From Perna viridis (lineage: Eukaryota): a DNA stretch of 64,000 nucleotides. The notes beneath the pieces are model-generated. The model did no database searches. It saw only the letters and a program-made list of their open reading frames with translations, and was not told the origin of the DNA. Each line of letters starts with the position of its first letter. Positions within the stretch are counted from its first letter, which is position 1. The position numbers and the translations under genes were made by a program. Location: assembly GCA_037379345.1 (NCBI GenBank), contig CM074521.1:27366704-27430703 (forward strand), in the 5' to 3' direction. Positions 12,701 to 24,484 of this stretch are shown piece by piece.

Positions 12701-14959
12701 TACCAACGAGAAGTTTTCCCCATAATTTTTTTCACTTCAAATCACTATACAGATTGTCTACTTTCCAAACTTCCTTCATTACTTTATCTTGTATTTAAAT
12801 CACTATAAGGATACAAGGTATACTGGAAGTTGACCTAAAATATAGACTTATCATCCTCTGCATGATTCTTAGTTAAACTTGTACCTAAAATTGACAGCAA
12901 AATGTTTGTCTCTTTTTTAAATTCTCCAGTTTGGTTTATGAGAGTACTGATAAAAATATACAGATCACTAGCATCACTTGACCAATTTCTGGCAGATAAA
13001 GTTCAAAATCAGGTGACAGGTGAAACCATAGACAACAATGAAACTAACAATTTATAAACAATATAAGTCAGTTATCTAAATCTCATACCCCAATATAGCA
13101 CAACCTCAATACCAAAAAAGAAGAAATGCTGAAGGTACATTTAGAAAGAAACTGGAAACAACAACAAAAAAAAAACAACATACAAAGAAATCACACAACA
13201 CAAAAGGGCTAAAAAGTACAGACAGAAAATATAACAGTAGGAAGCCCACTAAAAATCAGGGAAAAACCTAGGTGCTTCAGAATGAAAAGCAGTTCTTGCT
13301 TCTTGGTAACAGAGGATGAATATCTACAGTTACAGGAGATTGTAATGGACACTCCATTATGGTGAGGACCATAGAATTTTTGGAACCTTCATCTACATGC
13401 ACCATATCCAATACTCCACAAGTACAGATAATTACATGTAGCAAAAGTTTTTATCTACCTATGAGAAGAAATTAATAGCAGACAGATATAGTTTAACAAC
13501 TGACAAAGCAGCATATTCACTCTTAAAACAAAACAATTTTCAGCCTCATTATGGATAAGGCACAGATTGACATTTGAGTTCAAAGTCAGAAAGGGTATAA
13601 AAGTACATTTTGATAATGTTTCCAGTGTGCAAATGAGAAGCTAAAGATTTGGTTTCAACATTAACCCAACTACTTCAAAAACCCAAATTACATTTTAAAT
13701 ACTGATTTCCTCTGATGAATATCTTGTAATTATCCATGTCAAAGTTCTTTACCAAACTTGATGAGCTATACTGCAAGGTGTTGCTATTGGCTACCACAAA
13801 GACTTGAATTTGATTTAACAATCATTTTCATCTTTCCATTCAAATAATTTGCAGCAAAGAGCATAACTTCAATTTAATTCAACATAAAATCCTATTGAAA
13901 ATGATTTCACTACAATGTATCAGAATCAATCAAAAGTGGAAAAAGTGTTTTTGAAAAATAACTCCTGACAGACATGGAAGATCATTTCTTTATGAAACTA
14001 TGGAATTTCCTATCATTTTGTCAACTTATTGGACTAAGATTCCAAATGTTTAAACAGATTCTTTCTTGATCTTTAAATGTCTTAAAATAGTACAAAAACC
14101 TTGCAATAAAATAAACATAGCATCATATTGGACAAAAAATTAAAAGTTGAAATTAAAAGAATATAGACATGATAGACATGCAGAAATACATGAAAACAAA
14201 TCATTATGATAAATTTGGATTTGATTTGTAATCACAATCTGGGGAAAAACCAGGGGTAAACAATAAGAAACTTCCACTTCAATAGATCAGGCCATGTTTT
14301 AGCAAATATCACTTTGAAAAATTGGAAATCCTGTTAGCAAATACCGGTCAGGCCATGTTTTAGCATATACCTTTTGAAAAACGAATATAATTGAATTTCA
14401 TTGTTTTAAACCATATGAAAGAATTACGATAAATTATATTAGAAGATAAATGCACCAGAACACAGAGAAATCCAGAACAAGGGCAAAAATATAAAAGATA
14501 AATATGATCAAATTATTTCTCCTCCCAGTAAGTTAAAGTATCAGAATGCCATTAAAGACACTGAATTATGATCATCTGAGTGTTTTGTGTTATATAACCC
14601 TGACATAGGACTACCAATCATCTTCAAAAACATCACAAGGCCTGGAGAAGAGATACAGCTTGTTTGCATAGATTCCAATAAACTCAAAACAGATGTTTGA
14701 TGCTCTGTAGTTCTAGTAGAAACCTGCATCTCTTCAGTTTTTTTTGCATCTTTTTTCTAGAAATATTCATTGATAGGAACATTGATCACTCAATGAATGT
14801 AGCAGGTGTTTAAATCAGCAATTGGCTGGATGTTTAATTATGGCAAAATGCCCTTAATCAGACCCCAAAATATATTTTCTATGAATGTTACTTTCATAAT
14901 TAGGAAATTAAATTTTGAACCCCATTGATAAAATGCTTTGTAAGATGCAGCTTGATACA

Positions 14960-15515
14960 ACTGCACAGGTTGAACCCTGATCAGTTTGGCTAGTATGGAT
15001 GCACCATTCAAGCTTGATATAGCTCTGAATTTTGATCCCCATTAAATATTTAACACAGGATAAGAATCCACAAAATCAATCCTAGCCTAAAACTTCTTTG
15101 GTTGTATGATACGTTGTGAAACAAGTTCAAACTAACTTCTAGTCCAAACATCACAAAAATTCTTGTTTCTGACCTCTAATTCCTGAAAAGTTCAAGCCAC
15201 AACCCCCAAAATCAATCCCAATCTTTCTATTATGGTACAGCACCTTGTAGAACCATTTCATAGAGTTATTGTCTGGACATAATGAAAATGCTAGTTTCTG
15301 GATCCCTTTTTGGCCCAAATTCCTAAGCGGTTCAAGTTACAACCCCCAAAATCATCCCATCCTTCCTATTGTGGTATGGCACCTTGTGCTACAAATTCTA
15401 TGAGATCCACACTCTTATCATCTTATTCTCAAGTTATCCTGATACTTAACCATCAGTGGACACATGACGAGGACAACAACAGCATGATACTGCAAATTTG
15501 TTACAGTTTTTTTTA
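14960..15515. mobile_element. Degenerate HINE-like element with internal ~140-bp tandem units
   Basis: An ACAACCCCCAAAATC(A)ATCCC motif recurs at ~15199 and ~15339, with a weaker copy at ~15065. Ends are poorly defined. Confidence 0.4.
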
Positions 15516-17280
15516 AAAAATCCCAGTTGGAGCCTCCACATGACTTTTGGAAGAACAACATATGGAAAAACAAATTAGTGCTATAAATAGCTCAGGGCAA
15601 CTCATACTCCACATTTAAGACTTAAGTTAGGAAGACATTTCTATTCATCGGAAAATTCCTATGTACATGTATTATGTAATTCTTTGTTATAAGTACTTTA
15701 TAAGTTTTTTTCCTTCCTTGTCCTAAATACATTTAATCTAACAGTGCAAGTGAGACATTGGTTTCATATTACAAGGTTTCTCAGCAAAGACAAGTCTTCA
15801 TAAGAATCTGGTGAAAGTGGAATCAATAACCAGTGGATCCCACTACTATGAAATAGGGGTGTTGGGGCGCACAAGTGATTTCCTGTCTTTTCTACATTAT
15901 CTATATTATTTAGCGTAACAATCTGAATCTGCCTATGATAACCTACATTGTAGTGAAGTTTCCTCACAAGATTTACAGCCTACTTAACTTACAATTTTTT
16001 TCATTCTAACTGAATACCTACAATACTGCAGAAATTATTTTTTTTTTTACATTTTATTGTAATTTTAGACCTACATTAATACAACACAAAAGTTAAAGAA
16101 AATTTTGTTGGAACCTCAAAAAGGGTATTGTCAAGAATCCTGCAAATACAACATTTTTCTTCAAAGTTTTGCACTCAATGTTTTTAAAAATGAAATAAAT
16201 TCAAAATCTTTAACCTATGCACTCCATGTTATGAAAATAAATATAGAAACATGTAAGAATCAAAATCTTAAGTACTTCTCCATCTAAGAATCAGGCAAAA
16301 TTTGTACAAGGAGTGGCACAAGATGTAAAAATACACAGAGATTTTATTGTAATATACAAGTATTTGTACCTCATAACCTCCAGAAATAATCCATCAAAGT
16401 ATTTGTAAAGTTTGCTTTTATAAGATATTGATAGGTCAAATTTAGTTCAGATGCACTATGGAAAAATGTCGGGAAAATATATAAGCAGTAGTAAAAAATA
16501 TATCTAAGTCATCAATGGGTCAGAATATATTTAAATTGCTTTTCAGTTGTTTTCTTGATGAATTTGATTATATTTGTGGCAAAAAAGACCATATAGAGAA
16601 AAATGATGTGCCACTCATTGCCTGATTCTTACAAATAATGGTACTTAAATGTACTGCATGTTATGAAATAAAATATAGAAACATGTAAAACTCATAATCT
16701 AAAATCTATGCACTCCATGTTGTTTTAAAATTTATAAAAAGAGGAGAAAAAAAAATAAATTTCAATCTTTAATCTTTGCACTCTGTGCACAAACATCTTT
16801 GGTGGGTGTCAGAAAAATTCTTGAAGTTCACATCCTCTGATAAACTCACTGTCAAAACACGTGTGAGGATACAACATTAAAATAAACAGATTACCGCTAA
16901 TTATCAAATTCTTGTGCAATACCCAACTTGTGGAAGAAGCAAAGCCTCAAACAAATGTTACTCAACCAATTATTTAGTAAATGTCAGGCCATACTGATAT
17001 AACAGATTGTTTCTGAAGGCAAACTGTAGTGACAGATGCAGAAATTTATGAAAGAGGGGGTATTCAAGGCTACCATATGCCAACTTTTGCCCAAAAAGGG
17101 GCTGGGTAGGTAGTTTCAACAATGGGACTCCCTTATAGATCTGTAACTGTATTGTTTTGTTCACATATTGTACCTTTAGGGACATAGTGACCTCACATGA
17201 TTTGATTAATTAATTTTACAATGAAAAACCAGAACTGATTACAGAACTAACTTTGGTTATATTTAGCTTTTTTTTTTATT

Positions 17281-17405
17281 TGGCCTAAGCAGTGATACCT
17301 GTTTAGAACAAGCTTGTTTTTTTATTTGGCCTAAGCAGTGATGCCTGTTTAGAACAAACTTGTTTTTTGTTTTTTTGGCCTAAGCATTGATGCCTGTTTA
17401 GAACA
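17281..17405. repeat. Tandem repeat, 3 x ~46-50 bp (TGGCCTAAGCAGTGATGCCTGTTTAGAACA plus T-tract)
   Basis: Three visible copies. Confidence 0.9.
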
Positions 17406-17848
17406 TCACTCTTCAAGCTCAAGATGGCTTATATATGACCCCATTGTACTGAGTGATATTCTAAACAATTTGTAAACATTGATTAAAATGATATTCTTGC
17501 TTCCTTTATTCTTTCTAACAGCTTCTTTAGTGTAAGCAGTTTTTCATTATCTGAATAAGTGTGTGTATATGGTATCTGGCAAAATCCAAAGGTAGTCAAG
17601 AATTGTGTAAAAATCATAACTCTTTTTCAAGGTACAGAAAATATAGTGTGTGTAAGTCACAATTGGGACAAATACTAATAGCTATGGAGATTTAGAGAAG
17701 TCCTAAATATATATATGCTCTGAAACATGACTGGCACAAAATCATTCAGTGTTTCAGAAATGACATATGTAGTTAAGTGATAGTTTTAATACAGACCCAC
17801 AGGGTGGGTGTTATAGAAGTACTTTAACTACATGTAGCGGCAAATAAT

Positions 17849-18002
17849 TAAGAATGGGTAATAATAAAAATTTTGTCTATTGAAAAATAACATAAATTTT
17901 CCATGTACATATTGTTTACTGCATGAAGTGCAATAAATAATATGCACATGGAAAATTTATGTAATTTTTCAATAGACAAAATTTTTTTATTGCCAATTCT
18001 TA
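17849..18002. repeat. Long imperfect inverted repeat (foldback, MITE-like) with ~70-bp arms
   Basis: AAAATTTTGTCTATTGAAAAATAACATAAATTTTCCATGTACATATT pairs with AATATGCACATGGAAAATTTATGTAATTTTTCAATAGACAAAATTTT around a short loop near 17921-17930. Confidence 0.9.
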
Positions 18003-18898
18003 TAAATTAATTTTAAAACATTTTTTTTATCTTTAAACATGAGAAAAGTAGCTCTGAATTTAACTGAATAGGGGCATGTTAATATTTTTTTTTTATCCAT
18101 TGAGATATAACAAAATTATTTTAACCAATCAGATTACAGTATTTTTCTAAAATTAATTTATTCACCAATGTAAAAATTTAATTTAGCACAAATTATAAGC
18201 TCTATCCCTCAGAGGCAAAGCCCAAATCATAATAATCTATGAGTGTGTCACTTTCCAGCTTTTGTATGTATTTGGTGTGGTCATTGTGTCATCTCTGATT
18301 TCTGATGCTTCAGTAATTTATTTTAAGATAAGTACCCCCACCCCCCAAAAAAACAAATCTGAATCAGCATCATACTAAACCTATAAATATTTACTAGCCA
18401 AATTTAATGTTCAAGTGAAACAAGCAATCAATAGTTGTGCAGATTATTTATCCGCTGACCAGACTGGACTTACTTTAAGGAATAAATTATAGAAATATTT
18501 AGCAAAACCAGAATTATACTTAATACATAAATTAAGTCAAAATAAAAAACATTCCTACATATTCTGAAAATTGTCATACCACCATTATGAAAGAATAGAT
18601 GGAGTTATTTATCATTAAGCACTATTTTACTGTTTTTTTTCTTGAGTATTGACTATTGATGAAGAACAATTCTTTACAGGGTGGCAATTTTAATGGTTCT
18701 TGTAATTCTGTAATATCACAATATAAAATTCCAATAAAATTTAAAATTTTCAATATAACATTGATACATCAAATAAAATTTTTAAAAAAAAATTTGATAA
18801 ATAACAATATTTTGAAAAGTCACAATCTTCCATTAGGATGGTATAACTATTTTGTAACTAAATTGGTGAACTTTGACTTACCTGTACAAATGGACTCT

Positions 18899-19969
18899 TC
18901 AGGAAGCCAGTGGACCCAGACTGTTAGGTATGGCCTTTGACCTCATCCCTTGAGAGACTATTGGGTAGGACACTAACCCTGTACCACCCTGGTGCATGGA
19001 CACTGCTGTCATGGACATATTATTCTGTGGAATAGAGACCGGAACATTCAGTTGTAAATTTCCAGGACCATTAGCCATTTCTCTCGCTAGCCGCTGCTGC
19101 AGTGCATGCTGGTTAACTAATTCACTATTAAGAGCTATTTGCTGCGCTAAACTAGTTGCTAGATGGTTAAGGGACTGGGGAGGTTGAGCAGCCACCCCAT
19201 TTACCGCTGGTTGTACATTTGGTCGACTGACACGGTATCGTGCATTTTGTTCTAATAATACTTCATTAGTTGCTGTCAAGTCGGCAACTTGTTTTTTAAG
19301 TTCATCCACTTTTCTACGTAACATTGAGTTTTCCTCTTCCAATAACTGATAACTATATGGACGGGCAGGTAATGGATATCTTGTATCAAATCCGTTATAT
19401 CCATCTAAGTCACGCTCAAGTCTTCTACGTTTACCTGAGAAACCATCATAACCCTCATAACGATCAGATTCATCATAGGGATCATACATTTTGTTAGTCC
19501 TTCCTTCTTGTCTTTTTTCACGTTCATAGTCTTCAAGGCTAACATGCCTGTATTTACATTTATTTCCCCTTTTACAATTTCCTTTCAAATTGTCTTTGCA
19601 TATTGGAACTTCACCTCTAAGTAAAGGAATGTCAACATTGGAAGGGGCACCCATACCTAGGGCTGCTGCTTGCTGCAGCCGCACTGGCAATTGCCCGGTC
19701 TGTTTAAAATGTTCTTCCTCATCACGGGAAATGTGAAGAAATTTACAGTTCTGTCGTCGGCACCCAGTATTTTGAAAGTCATGACATATTGTAATGTCCT
19801 GTTTACGACCTAAATTGCGAGCCTCGTCAGGATTTGGATGCCTGTATTTACAACGTCTCCCCCGCTTGCAAACATTGCGCAAATAGTCCCGACAAATATC
19901 ATCCTGATCTTTTCCATTAGTGTAACGTGCACTTTCATCACTTCCGCTAGTGTCACTATTTTCAGACAT
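18899..19969 (-). CDS. ZC3H10: Zinc finger CCCH domain-containing protein 10 (356 aa, single coding exon)
   Basis: Three CCCH fingers (CRDYLRNVCKRGRRCKYRH, CHDFQNTGCRRQNCKFLH, CKDNLKGNCKRGNKCKYRH), a KRRR basic patch and the coiled coil LLEEENSMLRRKVDELKKQVADLTATNEVLLEQNARYR typical of ZC3H10. Q/A-rich tail, AAAATG start context, raised GC. Confidence 0.95.
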   Translation of the reverse strand: MSENSDTSGSDESARYTNGKDQDDICRDYLRNVCKRGRRCKYRHPNPDEARNLGRKQDITICHDFQNTGCRRQNCKFLHISRDEEEHFKQTGQLPVRLQQAAALGMGAPSNVDIPLLRGEVPICKDNLKGNCKRGNKCKYRHVSLEDYEREKRQEGRTNKMYDPYDESDRYEGYDGFSGKRRRLERDLDGYNGFDTRYPLPARPYSYQLLEEENSMLRRKVDELKKQVADLTATNEVLLEQNARYRVSRPNVQPAVNGVAAQPPQSLNHLATSLAQQIALNSELVNQHALQQRLAREMANGPGNLQLNVPVSIPQNNMSMTAVSMHQGGTGLVSYPIVSQGMRSKAIPNSLGPLAS

Positions 19970-20047
19970 TTTCTACGTTAGTACAATTATAAAAACACAG
20001 AGCAAAGTTTAAATCCAAAAGAGAATATCAATGAAAAGATGAGTGTA

Positions 20048-20077
20048 TTATAATCGACCTCGGGCTGACGGCCTCAT
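20048..20077 (-). promoter_or_regulatory. Candidate uORF (MRPSARGRL*) in the ZC3H10 5' UTR
   Basis: ATG at 20077-20075 and TAA at 20050-20048, ending 78 nt before the main ATG. Lies downstream of the acceptor ttatcttttacttgcAG (exon start 20095). GC/CpG-rich relative to its flanks. Confidence 0.55.
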
Positions 20078-21590
20078 TGCTTCAATCTGTTGAATCTGCA
20101 AGTAAAAGATAATTTGATGTACGTGGATTCGCCAGTCGCAGCAGTGCATAATTGGCGCAAAATTGCATGAAAGTAACGCTACGCTGAACATGATATAAAT
20201 TCTGCACAATAATCTGACTTTTGTCCTTTTTCTACACAATACATCTCAAACATGGTTATTATATCAAGTAAAAGAGATAAGAGGAAAGAAAAGCAAGGCT
20301 CACTACATAACTACCAGGCTTATGTATTGCTTACCTACTTTTCGACAGGAAGTTTCATATTAAATATAATTCTGACTATTGACTAACTTTAGAAGAAGAA
20401 AATAAATCAGTAATTTGACAGTTCTATTTCTGTGCAGTAATTTTGGAAGAAACATAAGGAAGTTAAAGAAATTTATCAACATATACATGTAAGAGTGATA
20501 GTAACCTGTAAGGATTTCCTAGTTCAATTAAATTCAATTATTTTTACATTACTGATAACAATGGCAAAAAATATTGATTAAAATTTGAAACCATTCCAAA
20601 AGAATAAAATAATAGTATATCATTCTGTCATGTACAAATTTGACCTTAGTTCCTAAGAAACTCCACTGAATATCTTGGATTATAATTACATAATGAATAC
20701 AAGTACGATACATGTACCTTGATATCTAACTGAATATTTATGACAGAAATATAATTTCCATTTCTTATTATTATTGTTATAAGAAAAAAATGTAAACAAA
20801 TTTATAAAGATGTTAGGGAACAAAGCTTCAAAGTTAACCTTATGTGTGTACATAGAATAAAAGGATTTATGGAGATTGACAAACTCCTATATTTCATACA
20901 ATGTTATAAGCACCTAATATAACAGTCTGAGGTAATGTTAGGCATTTAGAAAACTGGCAGATTTAAGAATCCATTTTTTCGTTAACAGAAAAAAAGGGGG
21001 AAGGGTCTTTTTTTAAACAATAAAAAGACAAAAGATTGTAGAATCTTCTCTTTTACACTTGTTGTAAGAATAAAAACTTCAGGATTTGTTTTTCTAATGT
21101 GATTAAATTCGAGTAGTGTAATAAGTTAACAAGACTTTCTCTGGGGCTATTATTCTTCTATTCCAAGTCCAAACATTATACATATTGAAGGATAAAGAAA
21201 AACCCTGAAGGGTTTGAAGATTTGGGGGTGGATAAAAAGAACATTTTAGATCTTATCTACATAAAAGGAAGAATAAGTCTAAATGTTTTTCTACATTTCT
21301 CAAGACCTATGTGTTGTTCTGAAGTGTTGTTTTCCTTCCCTGAACAATTAATGTCACATTCAGTAAAACTTTGTGATGATAAAATCTTTGTCATAAATTA
21401 ACCAAGTGCTGTAGTCCATGTGACAGAAGCGTCATATCAAGATGATTAATTTTCACTTTCTCAGTGATCATAGAATTACATTCAATGGGAGTTTTTTCAT
21501 GTTTTCTATTGGTTTTTTGAACCTGTTATGAGGAGACACTAGGTTCAACAAACATTTAAACAGTTTTTACTTTATTTGAATATGATTTAT

Positions 21591-21748
21591 AGCTGGCCCT
21601 GTCAATGTCAAGTCCTCTGTGGTCCAGTAGAGCTGGTCCTGTCAATGTCAAGTCCTCTGTGGTCCAGTATAGCTGGTCCTGTCAATGTCAAGTTCTCTGT
21701 GATCCAGTATAGCTGGCCCTGTCAATGTCAAGTCCTCTGTGGTCCAGT
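21591..21748. repeat. Minisatellite, 4 x 40 bp (AGCTGGCCCTGTCAATGTCAAGTCCTCTGTGGTCCAGTAT)
   Basis: Units start at 21591, 21631, 21671 and 21711. Confidence 0.95.
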
Positions 21749-24299
21749 GACACCCAATACATTTAATTTCGGTCATTGTGGTCATCAACAAGTGTATTTA
21801 GTTTGGGGGTAGTCATTGAACCAAAAATATAGAAAGACAATTTTCCTACAGATAAAATACACATATCAGTTTATCTGAATCGAATGCTTCAGTTCAGTTT
21901 GGGTTACAGTTTGGAATACTTGTTGGAACAAATGTCCCATGAAAACTTTACAGAGATCATCATTTAAGCAAATAAATGACCAATTTTTTTAACATGTGGC
22001 AAGGGCGGAAATCGCTAAAAATAAACAGAAAATCCAAGAAACAGATTTTTATGAGGAATGGACAATATCTTGTAAAGAACAAGATTTTGCCTGACCTCTG
22101 ACCTCACTTACTCATACCTTGAAAGTCAAAGAAAATGACATGATTTATTCCTAACTGACTCATTTTGTCAGATATATCTTGACCACCATGATCTATTTGA
22201 ATGTGGTAAACATTTGCTAGAAATGGAAACAAAATTTTTCACAGGATTAGTGGATCCAGATATTCTGATAATGGGGAGTAGGGGGGTGCGCTAACTGGCC
22301 TAAAGGGGAAAGGGAGGGGGGGTACTCAAGTGAATACAAGTTTTTTTTTTCTATTCAATCAACCGTTTTAAGCATAAGGGGGGAATGGCGCAAGCCTCCT
22401 GGCCCCCTTGATCCTATCTGAATAGTTTGACAGCAACATACATTTAAATACTGCTTAATTTAAAACTGACCTTTAAGCTCTTATTTAATCCAAACTGTTC
22501 TTTTGAGTGTATTTTCATCACACAACCCGTTTTTCAAAAAATGAACTTTAAAATTCCTAATATCAGCTCACTACTACATCAATACATGAACAGAGATGAA
22601 GATCTGTTGCATAAAAAAGGCCCTCCCAAATACATCTACAGAAAACCAATTTACTCCAAGAATAAACCTACGACTCACAGAAGAACCAAGTTCCTGTCAT
22701 GGATCAACACAAGAAAATAAAACATCTTCCACCGAACATCGTAATTTGTACATAAAAATGCACAGAAACAATTATTTAACCAGATCTGGCTGTGACTAAA
22801 TGAACAGAATCGTATGGTCGTCTCATTAGCGTATCTTCTCAGCCTGATTTTTACATCATGGATATCATCACTAAAGACTAAGGTGCTGAGGCAGAAGAAA
22901 ATGTCAGAATTATTCAAACAGCGGCTAATTTGTTCCCTATCTCCTGGGTAAAGCATGCTAAGATACATAAAAGCTTTCCACTTCAGAGATGTAACATTTT
23001 CTTCTTCTGAAAATATCTTCAAAGAAATGACCTGGTCAATGAACAGTCTGGCTATCCTTAATTTTCAGATGATTCCAGCCCCCAAAATCATGTTGCCAGC
23101 TTTTAATCATTCGTTTCAAAATGTTAAAATTTTTCACCTTGAAATGTCAATTTTGAGAAAAAAAATGAAAGTCTGACCACCCTTGCTTTACAAGTAGAAC
23201 TTCTGTCCTCGTAACTGTTGTCCATTCAATATTTTATCATTTATTCTTTACAACATATATGACATTGTTACAAAAGAACTTCCAGTGAAATACTAGACAT
23301 TACTTAATATGAACCAAAAATTTGTCAAATTCAAGAAAGCACCTGTTGGGCAGACCTAAAAAAAACAAGAATAAAAAAGTTTCAATTGTCCTGATGTAGC
23401 TTCCTGTGTGCAGATATCCTCTTTATTAGAAAAAAAAATCAACAACACAATAAGACAATACATTATCAATCATGTCTGTTAATCTATAATCAACAATTTC
23501 AAAATATTTTGAAGGCGAAAATGCAAATCAGTATTTCAAGGTTCATATTGACTGCATTCATTATTTCTTTCATAAACAACTCAATCCAAAACAGACAAAT
23601 GTCTTAGATAATACTAAAATATATCTATACTCATATAGATATATATTATATTACCCATCAAAATTTAATTATAGAAAAATATCTATTTCCATGCCTTCAA
23701 AAATAACATTACTATAACAACCCTAATATGAAATTGTAATCATTATCTAAGAAATACTACTCCATACTATACAAGCATTCAATTAAATTTTAATCTAATA
23801 CAAATACCAATTTCTGGATCATTTTCAAAACCAAAACACGTCCTCAACTTTGATATTTGCTTACAGCATTCAAAAATATGGCAAAAAAATGAAAAAAATC
23901 AACTACTCCTGCCAAAAAGGCGGGAGTTTTATTTCACATAGAGCCATGTGCAACATAAAACAAATGTTACATGAGGCTGTTTGATTAAGGAAGACTCGTG
24001 TTATGCAAGATTAGTTTCTGAAAATTACAGTTTTATTGGAATTTAATCAGTTTGCTAATCAATACCTGGGGATGACTCGATTACTGAAATGGGTTATTAA
24101 TAAACTAGGAAGAAATAACTTGAAACATTGCCTTAATGTTTCCTAAGTCTTCATGATACTGTACTAACCTAGCAGTATTTTTCCCCCTTGTGAAATATCA
24201 TGCAGCCATTTGGCAACATTTTGGAAGGTCATTTAGAATACCTCCAGTAATTACCACTGTGATATATAGTAAACAACTGTGGTTTTGTTGAGCCAAATG

Positions 24300-24484
24300 T
24301 ACTGTGAAAGTACCAATTTTCGTGGATAAGGGAGGAAACACAAGTTTGTGGATTCTTGAATTCGTAGTTTTGAAGTTTTCAATATACAAAACAATGGGGG
24401 TCTCCTTTTCCTTTTGAACAAAATTTTGTGGTTCGGCCAACCCATGAAAACTGGTACCCTACAAACAATAGCACTTTAACAGTA
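24300..24484. mobile_element. TA-flanked MITE (Tc1/mariner-type ends), copy A
   Basis: Ends TACTGTGAAAGT...ACTTTAACAGTA; the interior is homologous to 30821-31021. Confidence 0.8.

Noticed and set aside
18882-18901. Stop-codon readthrough or selenocysteine at the ZC3H10 TGA
   Set aside because: The context TGA-AGA is not a readthrough motif, the spliced extension would be only 6 codons, and no SECIS was recognised.
22675-23176. 115-aa and 73-aa ORFs, and the other 60-140 aa ORFs in AT-rich DNA
   Set aside because: Composition rich in F/L/I/K typical of random AT-rich frames, with no domains or coherent splice signals.
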